From assembly GCA_003222675.1 (NCBI GenBank), contig QHWT01000078.1, positions 12,731 through 76,730 on the forward strand: a stretch of DNA of 64,000 nucleotides, written 5' to 3'. This document shows, piece by piece, positions 9,257 to 17,842 of the stretch. The stretch's first letter is position 1; every line of letters begins with the position of its first letter. The position numbers and the translations under genes were made by a program. The stretch is from Acidobacteriota bacterium. Its GTDB lineage: Bacteria > Acidobacteriota > Vicinamibacteria > Vicinamibacterales > 2-12-FULL-66-21. Below the pieces are notes generated by a model. That model made no database searches. It was not told where the DNA came from and saw nothing but the letters and a program-made list of their open reading frames with translations.

Positions 9257-10948
9257 TCACTTTCCCTTCCCGAACACCCATCCAACTCCACACGCCGCCT
9301 GCACGCCGTTGAAGTTTCTCCACCCACCGACCCGCGCCGGGAAATTGCTCATCACCTTGTACGTGACGCTCATCCCGAGTGAGAAGGATCTGCTGGCCAA
9401 CACGTCGATGCCGCCGCCCAGCTGACCGCCGACTCTCGTGCGGGCAGTCGGCGCCGCTGACACGGCGCGCCCGAACACGAAACTGCGATTCGCCAACTGT
9501 ACGACGGGCCCGATCGCCGCGGCCACAAACGGCTTGAAGGCCTGCGTCGTGTGATCGCCGCGAAGCGGGTTCCACCGAATGCCTACGGGAATCGCTAGCG
9601 CAGCTGCCCTACCAGTCCAAGCTCGGTTCGCGCTGGCCTTCGCGTCGCTCGACACGCCGACTCCATCCACGGCGACAGTCGCCGCCAGGTTCTCGCGCAC
9701 GAATCGCGTGTACGCGAACCCTGCAAACAGCGACGTCGCGCTATCCAGGTCAACGGTGTTGCCCAAGAAGGGCACGGCGGCAGGCGTTATCACGACGGGA
9801 ACAGGCGGTCCATGAACGCGCCATGAACCGAGGCGCATCTCGATCGGATTGCGTCCAGCAACGGCGTAACGTGTCGAGTGGCCGCGGCGCCGCGTAGATT
9901 CCATCGCGGCGGGACCAAACTGCCGCGGGTCGATCGCAACCCGCGCCCCATCGACGACCTCGGCTCGCGCGGTGACGGAGCCTTTCTGACGTTCTACGCG
10001 CACTTCGTAGTTACCGGGTTCGACCGCGAGCTCCACCACGCGGCCGCGCGGTTTATAGAGCTCCACAACCAGCTCCTGCGAGGCAGTCCGCACGAAAAAG
10101 CGGCCGTCGAGATCCTCTCCAAGCACCAGCATTGAGGTTGTCTGGCGGACATCGGTCATCACGATGTCGCCGGTGCCTGACAGGCTGATGTCGTAAGACG
10201 GATGCTGCGCGCCCCCCTTTGTGTCGACGGTCCGGCCGAGAGTCTCGTTGAACGCGAACTGATAGGCTTCGTTGAGCGTCACCTTGCCGTCACGTGACAC
10301 ATCCGCAGCACCACGGAACCCGGAGATCAGGTAGTGCGTGAAGTACGATGCCCGGATGCGATCGGATTCCTGCGCCGCTTCGGTTTCCGCGCTCGAGGTG
10401 AGGAACGCGTGGCCGCGCATGTCGGCCGCCTCGTCGATCATGAACGGCGGCCGCGCGCGGCCGCCTTTGACCCGCGTGAACGCGCCAGACGAGCAGGCAT
10501 CGAGCACCGCGATGCGCACGTCGGCCGGGATCTGATCGAGGCGATCGCGCAGCGAGCGGTAGGAGTAGCGATCGTCGCCCAGCAACAGCCCCTGCTCGTC
10601 GGCATGCCCCGAGTAGTAAAGGATGACTTCGGTGCGACCGACAGGGGGCGTGCGCTTGCGTGCGTCGGCCACGCGTCGCGTGAGCGTATCCAGAGCGGCC
10701 CACACATCATGCAGCTTCGGCTGCTTGAGCAGGATCTCGTTCGGAGCCGCGACACCGCCAATGTCGATCATCACGCGCGCGAAGCGTTCTGCGTCGGACA
10801 CCGCGTACAACAGCGGCGGCCGGTTCGCTCCTCCCAGGTTGGCGCCGATCGCGAGCACGTACCGCTCGAGCGATGCGGCGCACCAGCCGGGTGCGGGCAC
10901 GAGCACGAGGACCGACGACAGAACGGACGCGGATACCGTGCGCGTCAT
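9257..10948 (-). CDS. caspase-family (peptidase C14) protein with a C-terminal outer-membrane beta-barrel-like domain
   Basis: Start MTRTVSASVLSSVLVLV (signal-like) with a GGAGG RBS. The caspase His/Cys dyad context is VILYYSGHADEQG and RIAVLDACSSG. The C-terminal ~190 aa show alternating beta-strand patterns ending in ...GVGWVFGKGK, like small OM barrels. Confidence 0.8.
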   Translation of the reverse strand: MTRTVSASVLSSVLVLVPAPGWCAASLERYVLAIGANLGGANRPPLLYAVSDAERFARVMIDIGGVAAPNEILLKQPKLHDVWAALDTLTRRVADARKRTPPVGRTEVILYYSGHADEQGLLLGDDRYSYRSLRDRLDQIPADVRIAVLDACSSGAFTRVKGGRARPPFMIDEAADMRGHAFLTSSAETEAAQESDRIRASYFTHYLISGFRGAADVSRDGKVTLNEAYQFAFNETLGRTVDTKGGAQHPSYDISLSGTGDIVMTDVRQTTSMLVLGEDLDGRFFVRTASQELVVELYKPRGRVVELAVEPGNYEVRVERQKGSVTARAEVVDGARVAIDPRQFGPAAMESTRRRGHSTRYAVAGRNPIEMRLGSWRVHGPPVPVVITPAAVPFLGNTVDLDSATSLFAGFAYTRFVRENLAATVAVDGVGVSSDAKASANRAWTGRAAALAIPVGIRWNPLRGDHTTQAFKPFVAAAIGPVVQLANRSFVFGRAVSAAPTARTRVGGQLGGGIDVLASRSFSLGMSVTYKVMSNFPARVGGWRNFNGVQAACGVGWVFGKGK

Positions 10949-11589
10949 CGCCTGACCTCCTTCTGCAGAGAAAACGTCGCTTGGTCCAGGCCATGTGGCA
11001 ACAACAGTGGCGGCGGTGTCGCCGATGTCGTGGTTGCAACGGTACGCGCCGCATCGACGATCGGCTGCACCGCGAACGGCGTATCGCCGGTGATGAAGTA
11101 GAACTGTTCCCATCGTGGCGCATCGTCGAGCTCGTACGCTGCATCCAGCAGCACCATCGAATCACTTTTCAGCGGGACCGCACGATCACCCTGCGCCGGC
11201 AAGTGGACCGTTACGCCGCCGCGGCCGTCGACCGACAAGATCACGCCAAAGGCCCTGCCGGCAGCGTGGTAGCCCACGCGCACGACATCGCCGGATCGCG
11301 CGATGGAGCCGTCCGCAAGCGTCTCGCTACTGTCGGCAGTTCGGCGATACAACACAAGGGCTGGACGCAGTCCCTTGATGCGATCGCCGGAATCGTCAAC
11401 GTTCGCACCCGACGGCGTGTCACCCGGACCGAGTGCGGGCCGCAGAACAACACCGATAAGGAGCATCACTCCGACGACAACCACTGCAGGAGTCAGCGGA
11501 TCCGCGATCTCGTTGCAAAGCGAACCGAGCCGGCGAACCGCTCCGAACAGGAGATCGCCGGATACCGCGATGTCCTGAACACCATCCAC
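10945..11589 (-). CDS. DUF4384-like single-pass membrane protein (caspase partner)
   Basis: 214 aa with a TM helix (PAVVVVGVMLLIGVVL) followed by the DUF4384-type pattern GDVVRVGYHAAGRAFGVILSVDGRGGVTVHLP...YELDDAPRWEQFYFITGDTPF. Its stop overlaps the caspase ATG (ATGA). The first ~18 codons are antisense to Fic-derived DNA, so the start is doubtful. Confidence 0.55.
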   Translation of the reverse strand: MDGVQDIAVSGDLLFGAVRRLGSLCNEIADPLTPAVVVVGVMLLIGVVLRPALGPGDTPSGANVDDSGDRIKGLRPALVLYRRTADSSETLADGSIARSGDVVRVGYHAAGRAFGVILSVDGRGGVTVHLPAQGDRAVPLKSDSMVLLDAAYELDDAPRWEQFYFITGDTPFAVQPIVDAARTVATTTSATPPPLLLPHGLDQATFSLQKEVRR

Positions 11590-12345
11590 ACGAACTACGC
11601 CGAGATGCAGCTCACGTCGAATCTCGTGCTGCAGCTACATCGCAATCTGTTTCAGTTCGTACCTGGCGGTGGCGGACGCTGGAAGTCCACCGACAACGAC
11701 ATCACCGCAACGCGGCCCGACGGAACGACGGTTGTCCGTTTCAAGCCGCTCGCTCCGCACCTCGTTTCCGATGCGATGACGCAGCTCCACGATCGCTATC
11801 GCGCCGCTCTCGACACGAGGGCGGTCGATCCACTGCTGCTGGTGCCAATGTATGTGCTCGACTTCCTGTGCATCCATCCCTTCGCGGACGGGAACGGACG
11901 TATGGCGCGCCTGCTGTCGCTCCTGCTGCTGTATCAGGCAGGTTACCAGGTAGGCCGGTACATCTCACTCGAAACCGCGATCGAGGAGACGAAGGAGGAG
12001 TACTACGATTCTCTCTACGCGTCGTCCGAGGGCTGGCATGAGGCGCGACACTCGCTCGTGCGCTGGTGGGAGTACTTCGTCGGCGTGATGCTCGTGAAGG
12101 CGTACCAGCAGTTCGAGGAACGTGTCGGCGTCACGAATGCGCGGCGCGGCGCGAAGCGCGACATGATCCGCGATGCGGTGAACCGGCTTCCGAATCGATT
12201 TCGCTACGCCGATCTCGAGCGCACATTGTCCGCTGTGAGCCGCCCCACGATCGCGCGGGCGCTCCGCGAACTTCGCGCCGAAGGCGCGGTGCGCTGCGTG
12301 AAGCCCGGACGTGATGCGAGTTGGGAGAAGCTGACGCGCCGTTAG
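11536..12345 (+). pseudogene. Fic/DOC family protein, 5'-truncated
   Basis: The Fic motif HPFADGNGRMARLL is present, with flanking helices and a C-terminal wHTH (RPTIARALRELRAEGAV). Homology starts abruptly at EQEIAGYRDVL and the usual ~90-aa N-terminal region is absent. The first in-frame ATG is at 11605. Confidence 0.75.
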
Positions 12346-12395
12346 TCAGCACAGCAGCTTTGGCCCGGCACGGGCAAATGCCACTGCGCATCATC

Positions 12396-13636
12396 TCAGT
12401 ACTGCCACTCAACACCGCGGATCGCGGCCGGAAGCTCGGGGCCAAGTCCGTCGAGGAAGGTGCTGGCAATCGTGCGTACGTTTCCCGGACCAACAAAGGG
12501 CCCGTGTGGCGCGTTCATCTGCATGACTAGCTGATATGGCAGCTGTGAATACGTCGAGAGCACGAGGACGCGCGTCGTGCGCGTCATTCCGACGAAGCAC
12601 AGGCGACGGTTTTCCTGCAGCTCCGCCGCTCGTTCTCCTGGCGCAAGGCCAGCGGTCCTACGGGGAGTCAGATCCTCAATCAATCCAGCCAGTACCACTA
12701 CTTCCGCGGTGAGCCCCTTCGACTTGTGAAAGCTCATGACACGCGCGAGCGGCGTCTCAAGCAGGACCTCGGGTTGTGCCAACCGGTACCGAATCACATC
12801 GTGCAGTTCCTGAATAGTCTCTCCGCGGCTGCGGTTGTCGCAATCGAGCGGATAATCGCAAAGTCATCTTCCTCGCCATTTTCCGGCGGCAGGGAACAAG
12901 GCGTCGACGGGTGCGGGCAGATTCTCGCGGAGTGGCTCGAGCTCCTGAAGTTCAGCGTTGACGGCGTGCCATCGCTCCAACGCAGTAGCGGTGTAAGCCA
13001 GCGTCAGTCCTGCGTCGATGTCGTCGAGGACCTGTCGCGCGCTCCAGCCGCGAGCACGAAGCTTCAGTCAGCAGTCGACGATACGGACCTTCACGGCGCG
13101 TCGTACTTCCGAACGCCAGAGCGCATCGGAGCGCCACGCGATCGTCCGGCGCAAGCAGCGTAAGGAGCGTGAGCTTCTCCTGCGCGGCGTCCGACTCCAC
13201 GGCCTCTTCCCGAAAGTACGAGCGAATCTCGATCCCACGTGCGCGTACGGCATCACGAATCGCGCATCCGACCCTCCGGCTGTTCGCCAGCACCAAGCAC
13301 TTTCCAGGGTTCACTCCGTTCGCGATCTGCGCCGCAAGAAAACTGGCGACGCCCTCCGCCTCGGCTTCGAGAGACGACCACTGGACGTGGTGGAGGTCGC
13401 CTGCTGCGTTCTCTGGCGCGGCTCCAACGCTCCGCGCACGCGACCTGGATTGCGCTCGATCAGTGCCTGCGCCATGCGCACAACACGTTGCGGACAACCT
13501 GTTCGAGGAGCCGCGCGATGCGCCGGAGTAGCCCGGTCGTCTTTCCGGTCCCTGGCCCTGCGAGGGCACGTAGGCGCGCCGCTTCGCTGCTCGCGAATCG
13601 AGAGCGGGGCCGGGCAAGATTATCGGTCCACGCCAC
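12396..13636 (-). pseudogene. UvrD-like SF1 helicase, multiply frameshifted and shortened
   Basis: Walker A (ALAGPGTGKTTGLLRRIARLL) is in one frame near 13560, following a possible GTG at 13636. The middle (HHVQWSSLEAEAEGVASFLAAQI...CLVLANSRRV) is in a second frame. Further pieces lie in other frames, and C-terminal motifs (SFHKSKGLTAEVVVLAGL, RRLCFVGMTRTTRVLVLS) are in the 12396-12797 ORF. The total length is far shorter than a normal UvrD-type gene. Confidence 0.7.
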
Positions 13637-13719
13637 AGGTCGCTGCTCAGATGAGTCTCTGCTGGCAGTTTAGCAACTCCGCTGGTCTGGCCCTGATGCC
13701 GGAGCGCGTACACACGAAA

Positions 13720-13735
13720 GGGCGCCGAAGCGCCC
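13720..13735 (-). terminator. hairpin downstream of the orphan tRNA fragment (probable original tRNA terminator)
   Basis: GGGCGC-CGAA-GCGCCC stem-loop flanked by AAA/TTT, 50 nt beyond the 3' end of the partial tRNA copy. Confidence 0.45.
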
Positions 13736-13785
13736 TTTGAGGTTCTACCAATTGTCAGCCGTTTGTCAGCCGACAGTTGAAAATT

Positions 13786-13830
13786 TGGTTGCGGGGGCGG
13801 GATTTGAACCCGCGACCTTTGGGTTATGAG
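13786..13830 (-). repeat. att direct repeat (orphan 3' part of tRNA-fMet)
   Basis: The 45 nt tggttgcgggggcgggatttgaacccgcgacctttgggttatgag are identical to 61377-61421. Identity stops exactly inside the anticodon loop. Confidence 0.9.
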
Positions 13831-13935
13831 TTAGATTTCACTACCCGACCCGAACCAGCCCAAGCACGCACAAGCCCAATTTCATTGATCGTTTTGACGG
13901 TGGGGGGCAACTGCCCCCACCCCAAACCGCGCACG

Positions 13936-14017
13936 ATTGTCGCCAATTTGTCACCCGGAACGAGTCCGCACGGACCCAAGGGTCGCGGTGTCGTGGTGAC
14001 AAATGGGTGACCAATGG
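13936..14017. repeat. putative integrase/Xis arm-type sites (TTGTCACC motifs), left end of island
   Basis: ATTGTCgCCAATTTGTCACCCG (13936-13957) is a 21/22 match to 61332-61353. An inverted tandem GGTGACAAATGGGTGACCAATGG lies at 13995-14017. Confidence 0.5.
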
Positions 14018-14046
14018 TCGTTGTGCGCATGTTGGGAGGTGCGTGA

Positions 14047-15150
14047 ATGGACTTCGATCCACGCGACTATGACGACGCGCGCGATCCGGACGAGCGCGAT
14101 CAAATCGAGCCGAGAAGTGCGCATCGCAGATCGTCAAGCACGCACGATCGCGATGACGACTGGAGCCCACGCGACATCGGATCACGCGACCGGGATGGCG
14201 ACGATGCGAGGACGCTCGGGCGCGGTCCAGGAAACGACCGGCAAGGCTCGGATGACGACCGGCGCGATCGTCACGATGATGCACGTTGGGCAGAGCGGGA
14301 TCGCGACGGGCGGGACCGGGATCGGGACGCGAACCAACCGTTCTCGCGGCACCTGTCCCTGCCCCGCGGCTTGGAGCGCGAGCTCGTTCGCGATCGTGAC
14401 CGTGAGTACACGTTGCGTGCCTCCGAGACGTGCACACTCGCGACCGTCGGAGCGTTTCGAGTGGTCTCCAGTCGTGATCTTCGCGACCATCACGACGGAC
14501 CCGCCGACCCACGCTCAGGCGACCTGCGGCACCTTCGCGAGCAGGGGCTGATCGAGACCGTTCGAGTCCCTGGCTATCGCGACCACGCCGTGGTCCAGAC
14601 AAAGGCGGGCCGCGACCTTCTCGAGAGCCATCGCGACCGCGATTACGAGCACCAGCAGACGTTCCACACTGGCCTCTCACGAGAGCGCGAACTGGAGCAC
14701 GACCTCCAGGTCTATCGGGCCTACGAACAGGCCGGGGCGCGCCTGTTAGACCGCGGGGCGCACGTCGAGCGCGTTGTGCTCGATCACGAACTGAAGAGCG
14801 AGTATCAGCGTTGGCTGCACGCTCACGATCGGGACCACGACGACTACGACGGCCACCCGGATCGAACCCCCGATGAGATCCGGGAGTGGGCCCACGAACA
14901 CGACCTGCCGTACTTCGATGACGAGGTCCACTTCCCTGATGTCCGCATCGAGTATGAAGAGCCGGATGGGCGCTGGGACCGGGAGGACATCGAGGTCATC
15001 ACACCTCATTACCGCGGCGCGCACGGTGCGAGCGTCGCACAATCCGGCTTCTCGTGTTATCGCGGCGTGAGCCTCCGTCTCACCGGCAGATCCGGTGGCG
15101 GCGGGCGCGGCTGGCGCAACGGCGGCCTGGCCGAGGAGCTCTGGCGATGA
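14047..15150 (+). CDS. hypothetical island protein with an Asp/Arg-rich N-terminus and a wHTH-like core (replication-relaxation-like?)
   Basis: 367 aa. The first ~100 aa are extreme D/R low complexity (RDRDGRDRDRD). The core has wHTH-like features (VVSSRDLRDHH...GDLRHLREQGLIETV) and ELEHDLQVYRAY. The family assignment is tentative. Confidence 0.45.
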   Translation: MDFDPRDYDDARDPDERDQIEPRSAHRRSSSTHDRDDDWSPRDIGSRDRDGDDARTLGRGPGNDRQGSDDDRRDRHDDARWAERDRDGRDRDRDANQPFSRHLSLPRGLERELVRDRDREYTLRASETCTLATVGAFRVVSSRDLRDHHDGPADPRSGDLRHLREQGLIETVRVPGYRDHAVVQTKAGRDLLESHRDRDYEHQQTFHTGLSRERELEHDLQVYRAYEQAGARLLDRGAHVERVVLDHELKSEYQRWLHAHDRDHDDYDGHPDRTPDEIREWAHEHDLPYFDDEVHFPDVRIEYEEPDGRWDREDIEVITPHYRGAHGASVAQSGFSCYRGVSLRLTGRSGGGGRGWRNGGLAEELWR

Positions 15151-16308
15151 CGCAGGAGGAGCGCGTTCACTCCGTGATGGATGTTGGCTTCACGGAGCGC
15201 CAAGCGCGCTTCCTCGTACTCGTGCTGCGCCATGCCGGCGTGTGCATCCCGCGGCAGTACGCGAGCTTCGCTGGCATTACCAACGGTGCGCGCCGGTGCA
15301 ACGCCTTCTTCGCCAAGCTGGTCAGACGCGGGTACGCGACCGAGAACGATTGCGTCCACAATCGCGCGCGCCTCTATCACGTCCACCACAAGCCGCTCTA
15401 TGCACCGCCGTCGCGTGTCACCGCGCCTCGCCGTTGAACGTCACATGCTGCTCGATGGCGTGCTGATGACCCCGCATCTCGAGTGGCTCACGACCGCGAC
15501 CGAGAAGGCCGGCTACCTCGCCATACTTCAGGCCGACACGGGGTCCGATTCTCCCGCGCCACGGCCCGCCGATGGCTCGCCGGAATGGCGTCAAGAACTG
15601 TCGTCGACGTTTCCGATCGGCATCGAGGCAGACGGCCGCGCGGTGCTCCTCTATCTCGCGGCGGAGCCCGGGCCAGACGGGTTCCGAAGCTTCCTCCAGG
15701 CGCACTTTCCATTGTTGCGACTGGCACCGACGTGGACCGTGCGCCTGGCGTTTCCGCGGCCAGTCGACCGCGCGTACGACGCGTATCAGGCGGTGATCCG
15801 AGACGAGTTGGAATCGCCGCTGCACCCCGCGACGATTGGCGAGCTGAAGTGGTACTTCGAGCATCGTCTCAAGGCCACGCGCGAACCGATGCATCCCGAG
15901 ACGCAGGGCTTCCTCAGCGTGGGCGCGAAGGTGTTCGGCACACCTCGTTTCACCGACATGTATCAACGCTGGCTGACGCACGGTGACGCTGTGTTTGAGG
16001 GGCCATGCTCGCCGGCGATCGCCGAAGCGTTGAACACCAGCCGAGGACGCGTGGAATCGGTCGTGTTGCCGCATTCCTATCGTCATCTCTCCCCCCTGGT
16101 CGACGGAGCCGTCGCGCCACCGCGGAAAATCGAGACGGGGTTGAGAAGGGGGCCGAAAGGGGGGACGATGCGACCGCACGTCCTCAACCCTCGTCCTCAA
16201 CCCCCTCCCGTGGTGACGCCGCTCAGCGTGAGCGAGCAGCTGGAGCACGACTGGCGAGCGCTCAACGAGTTCTACAACGCGCGGAAGGCGCAGGAAGTTA
16301 CGCCGTGA
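15147..16308 (+). CDS. conserved island hypothetical protein, split either into two overlapping ORFs or by a frameshift near 15400
   Basis: The ATG overlaps the upstream stop (ATGA). The N-terminal part is MTQEERVHSVMDVGFTERQARFLVLVLRHAGVCIPRQYASFAGI...VHNRARLYHVHHKPLYA. It then continues in another frame (MHRRRVSPRLAVERHMLLDGVL...), where an in-frame ATG at 15400 could also serve as a separate start. Confidence 0.45.
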
Positions 16309-16323
16309 GCCGCGCGACGGCAT

Positions 16324-16346
16324 GGGGCGGCGTTCTCTGCCGCCCC
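16324..16346 (+). terminator. GC-rich hairpin after the 15147-16308 gene
   Basis: GGGGCGGC-gttctct-GCCGCCCC is a perfect 8-bp stem, but no T-tract follows. Confidence 0.3.
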
Positions 16347-16374
16347 TAGTCAGCGGTTCCTCAGCGCCAGGGAA

Positions 16375-16459
16375 CGGAACCGAGACGTGAACGACCCCGG
16401 TACCCGCGCGCGACTGTGCCCCTGAGCGCGACCACGGGGTCGTTCACGTCTCGGTTCCG
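16375..16459. repeat. perfect 25-bp inverted repeat with a 35-nt spacer
   Basis: cggaaccgagacgtgaacgaccccg (16375-16399) is the exact reverse complement of 16435-16459. A third partial copy (gcggttcc) lies at 16353-16360. Confidence 0.8.
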
Positions 16460-16819
16460 CTGTCCGACACTCGTGTTGGTGAAGGGCGGCTGCTGCGACA
16501 TTTTGAGTGCCGTCGGGCGGCGTGTTCCCTGCGCGCCACGTGGCCCTTTTTCGAGCGCTCACACGTGCACGATATTGGTGTGCTGCGCAGGCCTGCAACC
16601 GTCCAAGAATCGGTGCAGTACGTTGCCACGCGCACAGCGTTGCGCATCCTGCAGAACGCGCCCTGCCAACACTCTTGCCACTCGCCCGCTGAACGGTCTG
16701 AGGGATGGCCGGCGACTGGCAATCGTTTGTGCGCTGCGCGGCGACGATACGAAGCTCAGGATGTGGACGAGTGGCAGACCAAGAGACTGACAGACGCCGA
16801 GGCTCACGCACGGTTCGAT

Positions 16820-17620
16820 CGAATGTCCCCGCAGGGTTCGCCGGTCCGGACGTGGTCTCGGAAATCGCTCCGGACGGCTGGGAACATTCGCCGCAGCTGG
16901 CGTGTTTCCATCGGTCGCCCGAGCGTGTGTTAGAGGAACGGTTGCTGATTCACCGCAACCTGGAGCAACTGCGCCGCGTCTGGAAATGTCGCGATGGTGC
17001 GTCGTCCGAAGTCTCGTATCCAGCACCAACGCTGGACGAACTGCGGCGCGAATACTCGTCTCAGCCGGTGCGTCAGGATGAGGAAGTCACCGAGGTGATG
17101 GGGCTCTGTCTGTGGGACATCTTCTCGGACAACCACGAGGTGATTACGGCCGACGGATGGCTTGTGAACATCGGATCATTTCGCCGCGCCGACGCGTTCC
17201 TGAACGAGCACCTCACCCGTCAGCGTCATGACTCGCGTCATCGCCGTTACTTGCGCTTCTACATGGCCACGATCTGGATTTCCGGACGCGCCGATCTGAC
17301 GCCGGTATACGCCATGATCTTCCGGCGGCTCTCGGCGCTTTGGCGCCGACTGTGTCTATCACTTCCCGGAGTTCGGGCTCCTGGAGTTCGCGGCGCCCCG
17401 AGATCCGGAACGGTCGGTGACCAGCTACTCCGTTTCTGAAGGCCCGATTGCAGAGATGAAGGCGCAACGACGCCATGCGGAGGTGCACGTTTTCGCGCAG
17501 ACCTCGCGGAGGCAAAATGCACGTGCTCGAGAGGAGGCGATGGACCGTCCGCCGTCCGCAACCGTGCAGGCGTACCGGCAAGTGTACGGCCGCGATCCTC
17601 GTGGCTCGCCTCCCGCGTGA
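16820..17620 (+). pseudogene. hypothetical protein gene with at least 1-2 frameshifts
   Basis: Protein-like translation (PDGWEHSPQLACFH...LCLWDIFSDNHEVITADGWLVNIGSF...YLRFYMATIWISGRADLTPVYAMIFRRL) continues in another frame (GADCVYHFPEFGLLEFAAPRDPERS...AYRQVYGRDPRG). No family was recognised. Confidence 0.35.
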
Positions 17621-17842
17621 ACGAAGAACGCACGTCGCGACCCGCGATCGGTGGTTCATTATGATGCTCGATCGTTCGGACTGCCGTGGACACAGCAGGG
17701 TCGACCCGACGCTCCGACGGACATTTTGGGGGAGCGATGGCGCGCGTCAAGGCTCCCCTCCTCCGTCGGCGCTGCGCGGCCTTGACCCGCGCCATGCGCT
17801 CCCGATGGTCACGGCATTTATCGGAGCGTCGGCCACGTGCAG

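Noticed and set aside
10873-12345. A 490-aa plus-strand ORF that looks like one large protein.
   Set aside because: Only the last ~270 aa (from ~11536) are Fic-like. The first ~220 aa are Arg/Pro-rich antisense shadow of the well-supported caspase and DUF4384 genes on the minus strand.
14047-14350. Periodic gatcgcgac/cgggac repeats, considered as a possible CRISPR array or tandem repeat.
   Set aside because: The periodicity is codon-level (Asp-Arg low complexity) within an open reading frame. There are no unique spacers and no repeat-spacer architecture. No CRISPR array was seen anywhere in the window.
16350-16811. A 153-aa minus-strand ORF and overlapping plus-strand ORFs in the 16.35-16.8 kb region.
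   Set aside because: The composition is Arg/Ala/Pro-rich and no motifs are present. The region is dominated by the 25-bp inverted repeat and by the 5' part of a frameshifted plus-strand gene.
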